From NCBI GenBank assembly GCA_000004985.1, contig GG738883.1: DNA of 64,000 nt; one strand, 5' to 3'. Positions 1 to 10,379 of this stretch are shown piece by piece. The stretch comes from Naegleria gruberi. Taxonomy: Eukaryota. The translations under genes and the position numbers were made by a program. The notes under the pieces were generated by a model. That model saw nothing but the letters and a program-made list of their open reading frames with translations. It had not been told where the DNA came from and made no database searches. The number at the start of each line of letters is the position of its first letter. Position 1 is the first letter of the stretch.

Positions 1-3000
1 GCCAAGCTTTGTACCATTCCTTATCGAAATCTGTGGCAGCCTTGAAATGAGAAAGAATTTGTGGTAATTTGCTCTCTTCTAATCCACCATGTTGTCTGTA
101 AATAACCTTTTGCCATTGTCCCAATGTAAGGAATGCTCTAGCTTTAAGTTGGTTATCACATTGAATGTTGTATACAAATTGGTTCATTAATTCATAAGCT
201 CTCATTTGCTTTCCTTCAACCCACATGTGTTTGAAATATTCATATGAAATCTTTGGATGTACTTCTGGAGAAATGAGAAGCTTTTCTGGTTCTTCACTCA
301 ATGAAATTCCATCAACTAATTTTTGAAGAATCTTTTCACTCATTCTAATCTTGTTAGACTTTCTGCAAATAGAAGCAAACTTCAACCATGTCGAAAGATC
401 TTGTCTTTCAGGAATTACTAATTTTCTAACTGAGAGAATGTTTTGCCAATGTTCAACATTTCTCTTACAACCATGAAGTCTGTCAATCCATATTTGGTGA
501 GTAAGAGCTTTGGTTTCTTCATCTTCAGCCTTTTGATATCTAATAATTTCTTCCATTTCAGACAATTGTTGGACGGTAACAATAATATCATAGGCTCTAT
601 TGTAACTTTCACCAACAAGTGCTGCAAGTTCGGTATCCAAAACTTTACGAGTCTTATCAATCAAAACCTCTGCATTATGATGATCCTTTTGGTGAATAGC
701 CAAAATTGCTCTAAAGAAAGCACCTTCACTTGTATCTTCGCTGAGAATGTTAACATAATTTCTCATGCTTTCCCATTCTCCCAAGTTCCAAGCAGCATGA
801 GCTGCCATTGGTGCCATTTCTTCTTTGATAGTATCACTGAAAGTGTTCCATGATTCTTGGCAAAGCTTGAAAAGCTTTTCCCATTCGCCAATAGCCTTCA
901 AACATCTCATCTTACCTAGAGTTAGGCTTTGGTCATATGGATTTTGCTTTTGTTTGATACTGTAGGCGTCATAAGCTTCCTTCCATCTTTGAAGTTTTTC
1001 ATACCACGATTCTTTGAGTTCAATACTGTGATTCTTTTGAGCATATTTAAGAATACCCATAGCGGCTTCATGTTGTTGGAGTTGGTTATTGATACTAATC
1101 AAATCTTCAATGAGAGCACTTGGATTTTGTTGGAATTCAATTTCCTTATAGTGCAATGCCTTGGCAAAACATTGACATTTTTCAGCCAAAGCACCAAGAG
1201 CACTTATAGCAATAGGAAGTGGATTTTCATCATGTTCCATAAATTCTGCCAAGTTCAAAAGTGTTTGCAAAACTTCAGGAGGTAAATCAGGGGAAGAGAA
1301 TGCCATCTCCAAAGCACGCACAACTTCATTTTGTGCCTTATCATCAAGTTCAGACCAACAGCTGACAAAACCAGCATTAAATAATTCTCTAGTAAGTGGA
1401 TGATAGACTTGAGCTAATGCTGAACATGAACGTAATGCAGGAGAAGGAGATTCTTTCAAAAGTTCAACTGAAAAACCTCTATTCCATTCAATCCAATCGT
1501 CCTTGGTTGCTCTCTGGGATGCTTCCCATGCCTTTCTCAAACTATTTTGGTTGATAACCATTTTCTTGACCTCTGTCATTGAGTCTTCTCCATTAGAATT
1601 ACTAACTTCATCTTCATCATCAGGCATATTAGGAAGTGGAAGTCCCTTCAACAAGTGGAATATGAATTCATTATACTTTTGATGTGTGATATTATATTGA
1701 GTTAACACTTTAGTAACCATTGGAATGAAAATAGAAAAGTCGCTTCCCAATTGGTGAATAATATTGCAGAGAGTATCCATAGCTTCTTGTCTAATTTCAT
1801 TGTTTGGTATTTTGAGAACTCTAGAAAGTGGATGAATAATTCTTGAAGAATATTCTGAGAAGTTCAAGATTCTACTCAATTTACCAATACATCTAATAGC
1901 CTCTCTCTTAAGAGAAATATTAGCCAATGGAGCTTCGAACAATTTAACCACTGTTGGAATAACGAGATATAAATATTCTTCTAAATGTCTACCAAAAACA
2001 ATAAGTGCATGAAGTGCTTTCTTTGCTGGTTTAAATTGTTGAGGAGTTTGAAGAACGCTCAATATTTGAGGGATAACATCAGGAAGGTTTGGTTTGAATT
2101 GCTCATTAAGTGCTGTACAAATTTCCTCTTCTAGTGAAATAATTTGTTCCTTGAAATCAGTATCAGAAGAACTCATATCCCAGAACTCGTGGATAAGTAG
2201 GAAAATCTCGTCTAAATAGTTTCTGATATGCTGCTTAACAATAGAAACTAGCAAACTTAATTGTTGGAAAACAGTATTACGAATATTAGGTTCACAATTT
2301 CTAATCAAGTTCAAGAAAGGAGGCATAACTTGAGGTAAGAAAGGAACACATTTCATATTTAAACTGGTAAAGATAAACATGACTGCTTGGATGGCGTTAA
2401 GATGGTGAATGGCAAGAGAAGGATCAGTCAAAATTCTAATAAGAGCATTAAATGCAACTGTAGGATAGTATTCTTCAGAAGAAGGGCTTAAACCTGGAAT
2501 AATGTCGCTGCTGTCGTTAGTTTCCTTTGCTGATTCCAATTGGAGCTTGTGTTGATATGGATCAATAGCACCAATAATACCAAGAACTTTGATTATTTCT
2601 CTTCTTGTGGTCCATTCTTCTTCCGACTTTAAAATAGCTAATAAAAGTGTCAGTAAATTAGGATACTTGATATAGGGAGTGATTACATAACCAGTGCTGG
2701 CAACTATTTGTCCTAAAGTCTTTACAGCCATAGCTCTCTTTGCTGAAGAACTTTGATCTTGTAAAGTTTCAATTACAGAAGGCAAAAGATCATCAATAAA
2801 ATCAGCAATATCCATTCCACCAACTTCTGCAAGTTTACCTGTTGTATCCAATACACAAGAGGCTACATTTGGATTATTGTCCTTGATTCTTTCCATTAAA
2901 ACTTTCAATACGCTCGAAACATATGGTTTTATCAATCTAGGAGCTGCAACTATTAAATGACCAAGCATTCTAGCGCTTTCTTCCTTGCTTCTAGAGTCTT

Positions 3001-4948
3001 GACTATATTCAAGTTCAGTCAAAAGTTGGAGAAGAGCCTTTCTTAAAGATGGAAGAACAAATGCAGGATTTCTAATGCTCAATCTTCCAATAACAGAAAT
3101 AGCAACCTCTCTAATTTCGAAAAATTCATCATTAAGAGCAATAAATAAGGATCTCAAATTATCTGATAATGCCAAATAATGATCAAACTTTGGATCTAAA
3201 GAAGATAAAACAGCAAATCTAATTGTGTAGTCTGTATCTGTAATACCAACAATTAAAAGTTTTGCTAAAACATCACCAACAACAGAACCAAAATGACCTT
3301 TAACTGGTGGTTTTCCTTGACTGACAAGAAGTCTGCAACATGTTTTAGCAGCCTCTTTTCTAACAGAAGGTATATCATCATCCAAATATTTTACAACACA
3401 ATCATGTACAAAATCTATCAAGTTGTGTCCCTTGACATTGAAACTTCCCAAAGTTTTAAGAGCAAAAACTATTGTTGGTGTACTATAAAGTGTAGATTCA
3501 ATATGTGGAGCAAATTGGGTTGGAGGTGTGACTGGATTAAGGGTATTAAATGGTTGTCTAGCCAAAATTTGAGAAATTGTGTCCAAAACTCTCTTTTGAA
3601 TAGGTTGTAAGAGTGCAGGGATTTCTTTGGAGATAATTGTAAGGGATTGGATAAGTGTTGTGGTTAAGCCACCAGCAAACATGGAAGGAAGTAAATGTAA
3701 AATACGGAGAGAAACTGTATCACCAACAGCTTTTGAAATATCACTAATACATGTTAAAGATTCCTCGCAAAAGTTCTTCTTTTTGATTTTAAGACCCCAT
3801 TCTGTTATTATGTTGAAAATGTCATCCACATATTTCTTGATAGGTTGTCCAACACGTGTTGTTAATTCACCAAGAGCAAGAAATGATGAAGGTCTTTCGA
3901 ACCCGTTTTTGATAGCTTCTAATATCAAATTAATTGATCTATGTAAGTATTTCTCATTAAATCTTTCTCCGTAAAACTTTGCCAATACGGGTATAAGCTC
4001 AATGACAGTTCTTCTGACCATTTTATCTTTATGTGAGTGGAATCCAAGAACTGTATTACAGATGGCATCAAATTCATCTTTCAAGACATTTCCTGCAAAT
4101 CCTAATAATTCACCAATGGCAAGTAAAGCTCCGTGAACAACATCAGATTTAGCATTCTTAAAGTTGATATTTGTCTGATTATAAATATCTTGATACCAAA
4201 TATTACGGAAATTTGTTGGACGTTCTGATATTAAACCAAGAACAGCATGAAGTGCTTGCACTGAACCAATTCTAACACTTACGTTTGGATCAGTGAGTCC
4301 ATTCCAAATCACACTCAAAAAGCTTTGTACATGTCCATAAAATAGTGTAGGAGCATTTTCAGCAAGTTCTTTTAGAATAAACACTGCTGCATATCGTTTT
4401 CCGTCATCATTTTTCTTGTTGTTATTGTTATCACTTTCCAACCATTCCAAAGCTCTCTTAATTTCAAATTCAACCCATTCTGCTGTTAAAGTTTTAGATT
4501 CACTTGCTCTGGCTAATTTACCAAAAGTTTTGGCAACCATTAACACTATCTGAGACTCGTTAGATGGATTTGCTACTATATTCCTAAGACATTGATAAAA
4601 TCGAGTTTTGTTAATTTTCCTTTGATCATCGTATCTAACATCAATTAAAACGTCGATTAATACGATGGCAGCAATACGGTCATTTGTTTCTCTAGAGCTT
4701 GAAAACTCTACAATTTTACTATGGTAAATATCATCTATAAACTTGATAAAGTTGTCAGCTGAATATTCACGATATATTTTCTCAACCTATTATCATCAAG
4801 ATATTGTGTTTAATGTTTATAATATTATTTAGTTTGATGAACAACAATAAAAACATACCTGTGTTTTGAACAATTGAACCCCAATGTTCCTTTGTTCCTC
4901 GTTCTTGCTTGTTATATTTGAAAATATTTCTACCAATTCACTACTCAT
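1..4948 (-). CDS. tor: TOR (target of rapamycin) PIKK-family kinase, N-terminal ~1600 aa (HEAT repeats into the FAT region). Exon 1 is 4859..4948 (MSSELVEIFSNITSKNEEQRNIGVQLFKTQ). The intron is 4787..4858 (GTATGT...AATAG, 72 nt). Exon 2 runs from 4786 down to <1 and continues beyond the left edge.
   Basis: Own translation of the minus strand gives an uninterrupted ORF from 4786 to the window edge after splicing. Long HEAT-like repeats are followed by ...ILSHFKAATDFDKEWYKAW, matching the conserved TOR FAT-region motif (W-Y-K-A-W-H-x-W-A). The ATG at 4948..4946 lies in an A-rich context and the intron boundaries are canonical. The gene is missing from the ORF track because no stop lies inside the window. 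Confidence 0.85.
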
Positions 4949-5652
4949 TCTTTAATAATTTAGTGGTGATCATCAACTAAGAGTGATTTTTCTATACAAT
5001 ATTATTTACTATTCGTCGTGATGTGTGTTATTGTTGTATTTACTATAAAGGATTATTAGTAATAGCAAAATAATTTTACAGCAACAATAAATTACTACCC
5101 AAGAGAGGATTTCGAAGATGATGATGCTGGGTTGTTGCTGTAATTGTAGAAATTTTGCTTTTTTTTAAAAATAAATAAAAATCCATTACGTTAATTGAGA
5201 GGCGATTGGTGATGAATTATTTACTTCATCCTTCCTATCTGGAAGTTTTGTAAGAAATATTAAACGTTGTTTATGTTTGAATTGTCGAACCAATTTATTA
5301 GGAACAATTTCCTGTTAATGGCATCGTGAACCTGGAATGTAATGGTGCAACAATAAAACCAAAGGAATAAATAACTAAAATGAAAGAACTCAAAAATTTG
5401 AATAACATCTCCTCTCATTACCGCCTTAGAAGTAAATTATTCTTCATAATAAAACTCCTCTGAATCTGAACCTTTAATCTGGGATAACATAATCTATGAT
5501 AAGTAATATTGAAATGATTGTAGAATTATCAATATATTGACACTACTCAAAAGTAGAATATGGTATGATTCTTTTCAATTAATCCTTGCAAACAGATATT
5601 AAACAACTATGCAGTAGACATCTATTTTAAATATTATTCATTTTCAATATAA

Positions 5653-5724
5653 GGGACCATGGTCTAGTGGTATGATTCTCGCTTTGGGTGCGAGAGGCCG
5701 TGGGTTCGATTCCCACTGGTCCCC
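5653..5724 (+). tRNA. tRNA-Pro, anticodon UGG
   Basis: Cloverleaf by eye. The acceptor GGGACCA pairs with TGGTCCC. The anticodon loop is tttgggt, with U33 and G37 flanking TGG. The T-arm is GTGGGTTCGATTCCCAC. A T5 run follows at 5734-5738, a pol III terminator. Confidence 0.9.
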
Positions 5725-5829
5725 ATTTCCTTTTTAAATTAATCCCATTTAAATTAGTATTGGTTTGTTTTTGCCTTAGTGCACTAAATTTATTAATAGA
5801 CTGTTTCAATTCCAAAATTGTAAAATGAT

Positions 5830-5901
5830 TAGCAAATCTAGGTTTCGATCCTAGGACCTATGGGTTATGAGCCCATCGCGCTTCCGCTGCGCCAATTTGC
5901 T
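5830..5901 (-). tRNA. initiator tRNA-Met, anticodon CAU
   Basis: The reverse complement is AGCAAATTGGCGCAGCGGAAGCGCGATGGGCTCATAACCCATAGGTCCTAGGATCGAAACCTAGATTTGCTA. Eukaryotic initiator hallmarks are present: an A1:U72 pair, three G:C pairs in the anticodon stem, and a T-loop AUCGAAA with A54 and A60. A T-run follows. Confidence 0.9.
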
Positions 5902-6138
5902 TTACATTACTACAAAGTTATTATTTTTATTAATGTTATTGGCCAAGTGAACTTATAAACACAAATAATTGTTATTTAAGGAATTTATTAGAATAGCAAA
6001 CAACAAGTTTCAATACGGTAAGTGATACAATCTCTTTCGTAGGGATCCAAATTGAGTGTGCTAACTCAGATGGACCACCTTTGAGAACTTATAATAATTT
6101 ATGAGCTTGGCCTCTTGCATTCCATGATTATGTTTCAG

Positions 6139-6685
6139 CAGGTGTCATTGATTATGTTTTCAATGATGTTTTTGACAGTTTGACAGATATTGTTGATCCA
6201 GCTAATTGTGTTAGATTGCAAACTTTTCCAAGGTATCAACTACTTTCTATGGGTGATGAATTCTTTGCTCCGTAAGTTTTCTTACAAAATTTCATTATTT
6301 AATCTCACCTTCCTTAATGTATAGGGATCTTAATGCACTTTCCTATTCAAAGATTAAGGATGAAAAGTATGTTCGTTTCCTTCCAAACACTGCTCACTAC
6401 ATGTTCAACACTGATGTTCTTACTGTTCTTGGAACATTCTACATTTCCAGATTGAATAATGCAATTCTTCCAAAGTACAATTTCTCTCATGAATATGTGA
6501 ATGCAGGTGTTGTCATTTATGTTTCAGTTAGTAATGGAATTAAGCCATCCAGTGTTAAAGTTTGGAACGCCACCAATCCATTTGCACACGATTTCAGAAC
6601 TTCCACCATTGGATCCAATGTTTGGCAAAATCAAACCTTAATTGAAACTCAACCACTCGTGACTGGAAACGAATCAGCTGAATAA
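6139..6685 (+). CDS. 3' part of a protein-coding gene, two terminal exons (6139..6261 and 6325..6685, intron 6262..6324 GTAAGT..GTATAG). The encoded C-terminus is ...GDEFFAPDLNALSYSKIKDEKYVRFLPNTAHYMF...TQPLVTGNESAE*. The 5' exons and start codon are unresolved.
   Basis: The ORF 6317..6685 is in frame with an upstream exon once the 63-nt intron is removed. The upstream frame is open from 6105 but has no ATG. A further intron is possible at 6018..6105 (GTAAGT...CTAAC...TTTATGAG). No family is recognised. Confidence 0.4.
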
Positions 6686-6955
6686 TCCTTTTCATCGAAA
6701 TTGGTTTGTATAGTCCTTGTAAATGATTGAAGGGAGTGTTAAAACATTGTAGATTTGATTTGGATGAGGATCTTAGGAGAAAACTGCATAAATTTGTATT
6801 AATTGCTGCAGTTTCTATGTGGGATTTGGATGAGAACCGAAATTTAAAATTGGAATACCCGATAGAGAGTTGGCATTCAAAAACTAAAATGACACCCATA
6901 CTTGCAAAGTCAACATATTGATAACCACCTATGAATGGTGCTTGATAAAACTCTT

Positions 6956-7189
6956 TCAATAATTCTCTCCTCTTAAACACTGATTAAAATTGTGCAATAA
7001 CATTTCCTCTCTCATAACCCTTGCATCAATTTTAAATAGTTTACAAATAGTGTCATTGTAAATTGTCTTATCAAAATAATCTGCTCTCAACATTTCTGCA
7101 AAATATTTGCTAGATCTCTCCATAATGGCAATACTGGGCAGTGGTAAGGTAATATCGGGTGAGTGGTAAACATCAGAAAGTGATGACAT
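6956..7189 (-). CDS. small hypothetical protein (77 aa)
   Basis: ORF with ATG in an AAAAAAATG context. No recognised domain. Confidence 0.3.
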   Translation of the reverse strand: MSSLSDVYHSPDITLPLPSIAIMERSSKYFAEMLRADYFDKTIYNDTICKLFKIDARVMREEMLLHNFNQCLRGENY

Positions 7190-7438
7190 TTTTTTAAAGA
7201 TATTTAATTTATTTAATATTCACCATCTCCTTAACACCCACGAAATGCTTGGTGATATTCTCCTTACCAGGTAAGTAATTTTTACCAATCACTTTCATAT
7301 TACTCCACAGAGAGGCCATTAAATAAACGAATCTTTACAAAGTAAGGCAGCCTTAAATATCAACAAAGAATCTTAGTTAGTCTAAAGATTTGGTCTCAGG
7401 CTGTTATTGATATAAGACATCTAATAAAGTTTCTCGTT

Positions 7439-7927
7439 TTATTCTACGCTAATAGGACCAATATTAAGTAATGTTAATTGTTTCATTTCACTTATGTATT
7501 TGGATCCTTCTGCACCAATTTGATTTCTACCAATATTAAGTAATGTTAATTGTTTCATTTCACTTATGAATTTGGCTCCTTCATCACCAATTTGATTTCT
7601 ACCAATATAAAGTGATGTTAATTGTTTCATTTCACTTATGAATTTGGCTCCTTCATCACCAATTTGATTGCCATCAATATTAAGTGATGTTAATTGTTTC
7701 ATTTCACTTATGAATTTAACTGTATCTGGAGAGTTAAGCAACTTATTAGAAAACTTAATGTTTACAATACTATTCATGAATTGACTTTTCATTAACAATT
7801 CAATTCTATTTTCTGTAAATTGTTTTTTAAATTGAATAACAAGTTTTGAACGTTCCTTGATCACATTAAACCATTGTTTTGAAATTAAAGAACAATTATT
7901 CAAAATAAACCACGAATCATCAATCAT
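7439..7927 (-). CDS. F-box-like / RNI-type leucine-rich-repeat protein (162 aa, possibly C-terminally truncated), containing four near-identical 24-aa LRR units
   Basis: The N-terminal motif NCSLISKQWFNVI is shared with the paralog at 39572..40873. The repeats read ISEMKQLTSLNIGRNQIGDEGAKF. Confidence 0.6.
   Translation of the reverse strand: MIDDSWFILNNCSLISKQWFNVIKERSKLVIQFKKQFTENRIELLMKSQFMNSIVNIKFSNKLLNSPDTVKFISEMKQLTSLNIDGNQIGDEGAKFISEMKQLTSLYIGRNQIGDEGAKFISEMKQLTLLNIGRNQIGAEGSKYISEMKQLTLLNIGPISVE
7457..7745. repeat. 72-bp tandem repeat, about 4 near-identical copies, encoding the LRR units of the 7439..7927 gene
   Basis: Direct reading: the unit accaatattaagtaatgttaattgtttcatttcacttatgaatttggctccttcatcaccaatttgatttct recurs with only a few substitutions. 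Confidence 0.85.
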
Positions 7928-8932
7928 GCAAATAATTTCAAAACAAACATCATCCGAAAATATAATATTCTCTATTAATTAGCAATTCATTTCATTAATT
8001 ATTATTATTATGAAAACAACCCTTCGAGAAAATACCAACCTTCTACAGGTTTTACCTCCATCACGATGATAATAATGATAGCAGGAATATTGGTAGTTTT
8101 TTCTGATAGAATATCGCAAACAATTCTTAATGTTCCATCATGTTCGCACAAATTAAAAGAATCAACAAATCAATAAGAATGGGCTTGTTCTGTAAAGTAT
8201 TTTTTTCAAAGTCAATACAGTAATTAATATTTTATGACAGAGTAATAATATTAATTACTTACTGTGATAGATAATATCAATTACCAATATTTGCCAAATT
8301 TCCTTGGTCTAGCAATAAATGTGTGTGATTCTTCTTCTAATAACTGTTGAATAACATCAGTTTTATCAACATGCCGTTCTTGATAATAGCAGAAAAGTTG
8401 TTGTCATCTTGATGTCTTCATTAATTATTGTACTCTCAATTTTCTGTATTTTTCTAACAATTGTTCTTCTGGTTTGGATAGGGATGGTTCTGCTATTTCC
8501 TCTTCTTCATTATTCGCTCTCTTCATTTTTTTAACAATATTTATCACAGTTTATTTTGGTTCTGATTTGTGGAAGCTTAATACATAAACTAAGGGTGTTA
8601 TCATTATCACAATTCACAATTCAAAGTTGAAAAGTGATAGGGAAATTGTGGCGAAGGCCTTCGCTCAGAACCTACTTCTCTGATATTTGCTTAAGAGCAT
8701 TTGATGCATGTTGTCATAATTTGAATGACATTTGGCGTCCAATGTGTAAAAGCTAGTACAGCTACATTGAAGAAACAACAGAGGAAGCAGGTACATTAGC
8801 TCGAATTGTAATTGGAAATTGAGAATTGAAATTCCATTTGCTTGTGAATTTTCTGCATTACCAGATTCAAAGAAATTTAAAACAATATCCAAATCCTTTA
8901 TTATTCAACATTAAGATTTTAAAATATTGATT

Positions 8933-9052
8933 GGCTACGGCCATATCACGATTCATGCACCTCATCCCGTCCGATTTGAGAAGTTAAGCATCGTCGAGCC
9001 ACATCAGTACTGAGGTTGGAGACAACTTGGGAACCTGTGGTGCTGTAGTCTT
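8933..9052 (+). rRNA. 5S ribosomal RNA (about 119 nt)
   Basis: GGCTACGGCCATATCACGATTCATGCACCTCATCCCGTCCGATTTGAGAAGTTAAGC...GGGAACCTGTGGTGCTGTAGTC matches the universal 5S consensus (box A, CCCGTCCGAT, AGTTAAGC, GGGA..GGTGCTGTAG). The termini pair to form helix I, and a TTTT terminator follows directly. Confidence 0.9.
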
Positions 9053-9259
9053 TTGCTTATTGGTTTTTCTGTTGAGGTAGTAGAAATTGAAAATTAAAGT
9101 TGTGTTATCCTGAGCTCTTCTCAATGTATTATCCTCTGTGCTACTCTGGGAGATTCTCCAACAACTACCTTAACAACCTTTCTTTTTGTAAACTGTGTGT
9201 TTACCAATATTGTTGAATATTCGCCCGATTGGTAAGTGTTTTGAACTTACAAAAAAAAA

Positions 9260-10324
9260 ATGCGACTATCAAATATCTTTCAAATTTTGCCTCACGATTT
9301 AATCAAAGAAATTCTCAGCCACATCAATTGTGTCGAACTAATATTCTCGCTCACACAAGTGTCTCGATATTGGAGAAGTGTTTGTCATGAATTTATGTGG
9401 CAACACTATCAAGAAACAAATTATTTAAGGCCTCCTCCTCCTCCGAAGAATCTAGATTCGTCATTTGAATTTCTCTACTCACCAGAAGGAAGAAAATTCA
9501 CCAAATATTTGCTCCGAAAACAAGTTTATGAATTTTCGAGTAAATTACAGAATAGTATTGAAAAAGGAAGTGATTCCTTCTCAAAAATGATTTTGTTGAA
9601 AGAGGAGTGGGTTGATGAAGAATTGAAAATTCTCAAGGGATACTTTAGACAATATTTTGATTTACAAGAATTGAAAACTGAAACGATTTCACGAGGATCG
9701 AATAGTTTTATTGGAAATACGTTTTCTTTTATTGGATCTTTCTTTTCAAGTAAATCAAAATCAACGAATAGCTTATCAAATTCAACAGTATCTCACAAAG
9801 ATGAAAACTATCTCACAAAGATACTTTTGGATGGTGAATCTGGAAGTGGAAAGACTTCACTACTCAATTGTGTCTTTTATAATTCACCTGTTGTTCCAAA
9901 TGCTTACGTTCCTTGCATGGGTGAAATGCCCATTAAAAATTATCAATTTGGAAACACAGCAAGAGTCAAAATTCAAATTTGGGATCTTCCAGGAAATACT
10001 CGTTTTAGAAGTATTTCTACATCCTATCATAGAGGAGCCACATTTTTTTTACTATTTGTTGATCCTTATTCAATTGATTACAATAGCTCACTAAAAGAAA
10101 AGCTGGAATATATGAAGAGTTATCTACCTGGAAAGGAAGTAATTTTCATTACAACAAAGAAAGATCGTACCAATGAGAAAAGATACTTTTCGAATGAACA
10201 AGCAGATCAGTTTGCTTTCGAAAATTTTGGTGGAATTCATTTAGATATTACCAATACTCAATTGGATGAACCAAAAACTATTGTATTATATTGTGCACTA
10301 CTCAAATATTTACTTTCTCCTTAA
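9260..10324 (+). CDS. F-box-like N-terminus fused to a divergent Ras/Rab-like small GTPase domain (354 aa)
   Basis: AAAAAAAAATG start. The F-box-like segment is LPHDLIKEILSHINCVELIFSLTQVSRYW. The P-loop is LLDGESGSGKTSL. The G3 motif is WDLPG, a variant of DTAG. The G4 motif is TTKKD, a variant of NKxD. Confidence 0.65.
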   Translation: MRLSNIFQILPHDLIKEILSHINCVELIFSLTQVSRYWRSVCHEFMWQHYQETNYLRPPPPPKNLDSSFEFLYSPEGRKFTKYLLRKQVYEFSSKLQNSIEKGSDSFSKMILLKEEWVDEELKILKGYFRQYFDLQELKTETISRGSNSFIGNTFSFIGSFFSSKSKSTNSLSNSTVSHKDENYLTKILLDGESGSGKTSLLNCVFYNSPVVPNAYVPCMGEMPIKNYQFGNTARVKIQIWDLPGNTRFRSISTSYHRGATFFLLFVDPYSIDYNSSLKEKLEYMKSYLPGKEVIFITTKKDRTNEKRYFSNEQADQFAFENFGGIHLDITNTQLDEPKTIVLYCALLKYLLSP

Positions 10325-10379
10325 ACATTCCAATACTATTATTTAACAAAAACAAATTCGTTTTTCATTAAAGAAAAAA

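Noticed and set aside
418-3974. Plus-strand ORFs (443..853, 929..1285, 3293..3610, 3627..3974) and the minus-strand ORF 418..660 in the ORF track
   Set aside because: They lie antisense to, or out of frame within, the long TOR coding exon on the minus strand. Their composition is low-complexity and no domains are visible.
4950-6100. TRE-type or other retrotransposon insertion next to the tRNA genes
   Set aside because: I looked for ORFs (RT, endonuclease), terminal repeats or A-rich tails in the ~700-bp flanks and found none. The flanks are plain AT-rich spacer.
6317-6319. The ATG start of ORF 6317..6685 as a real initiation codon
   Set aside because: It lies inside a canonical intron (6262..6324). 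The ORF is in frame with the upstream exon after splicing, so the apparent start is coincidental.
6594-6980. Minus-strand ORF of 128 aa overlapping the 3' end of the 6139..6685 gene
   Set aside because: Antisense shadow with low-complexity translation and no start context.
9711-10094. Alternative-frame ORF inside the 9260..10324 gene
   Set aside because: It lies out of frame inside a gene with clear P-loop GTPase motifs in the primary frame.
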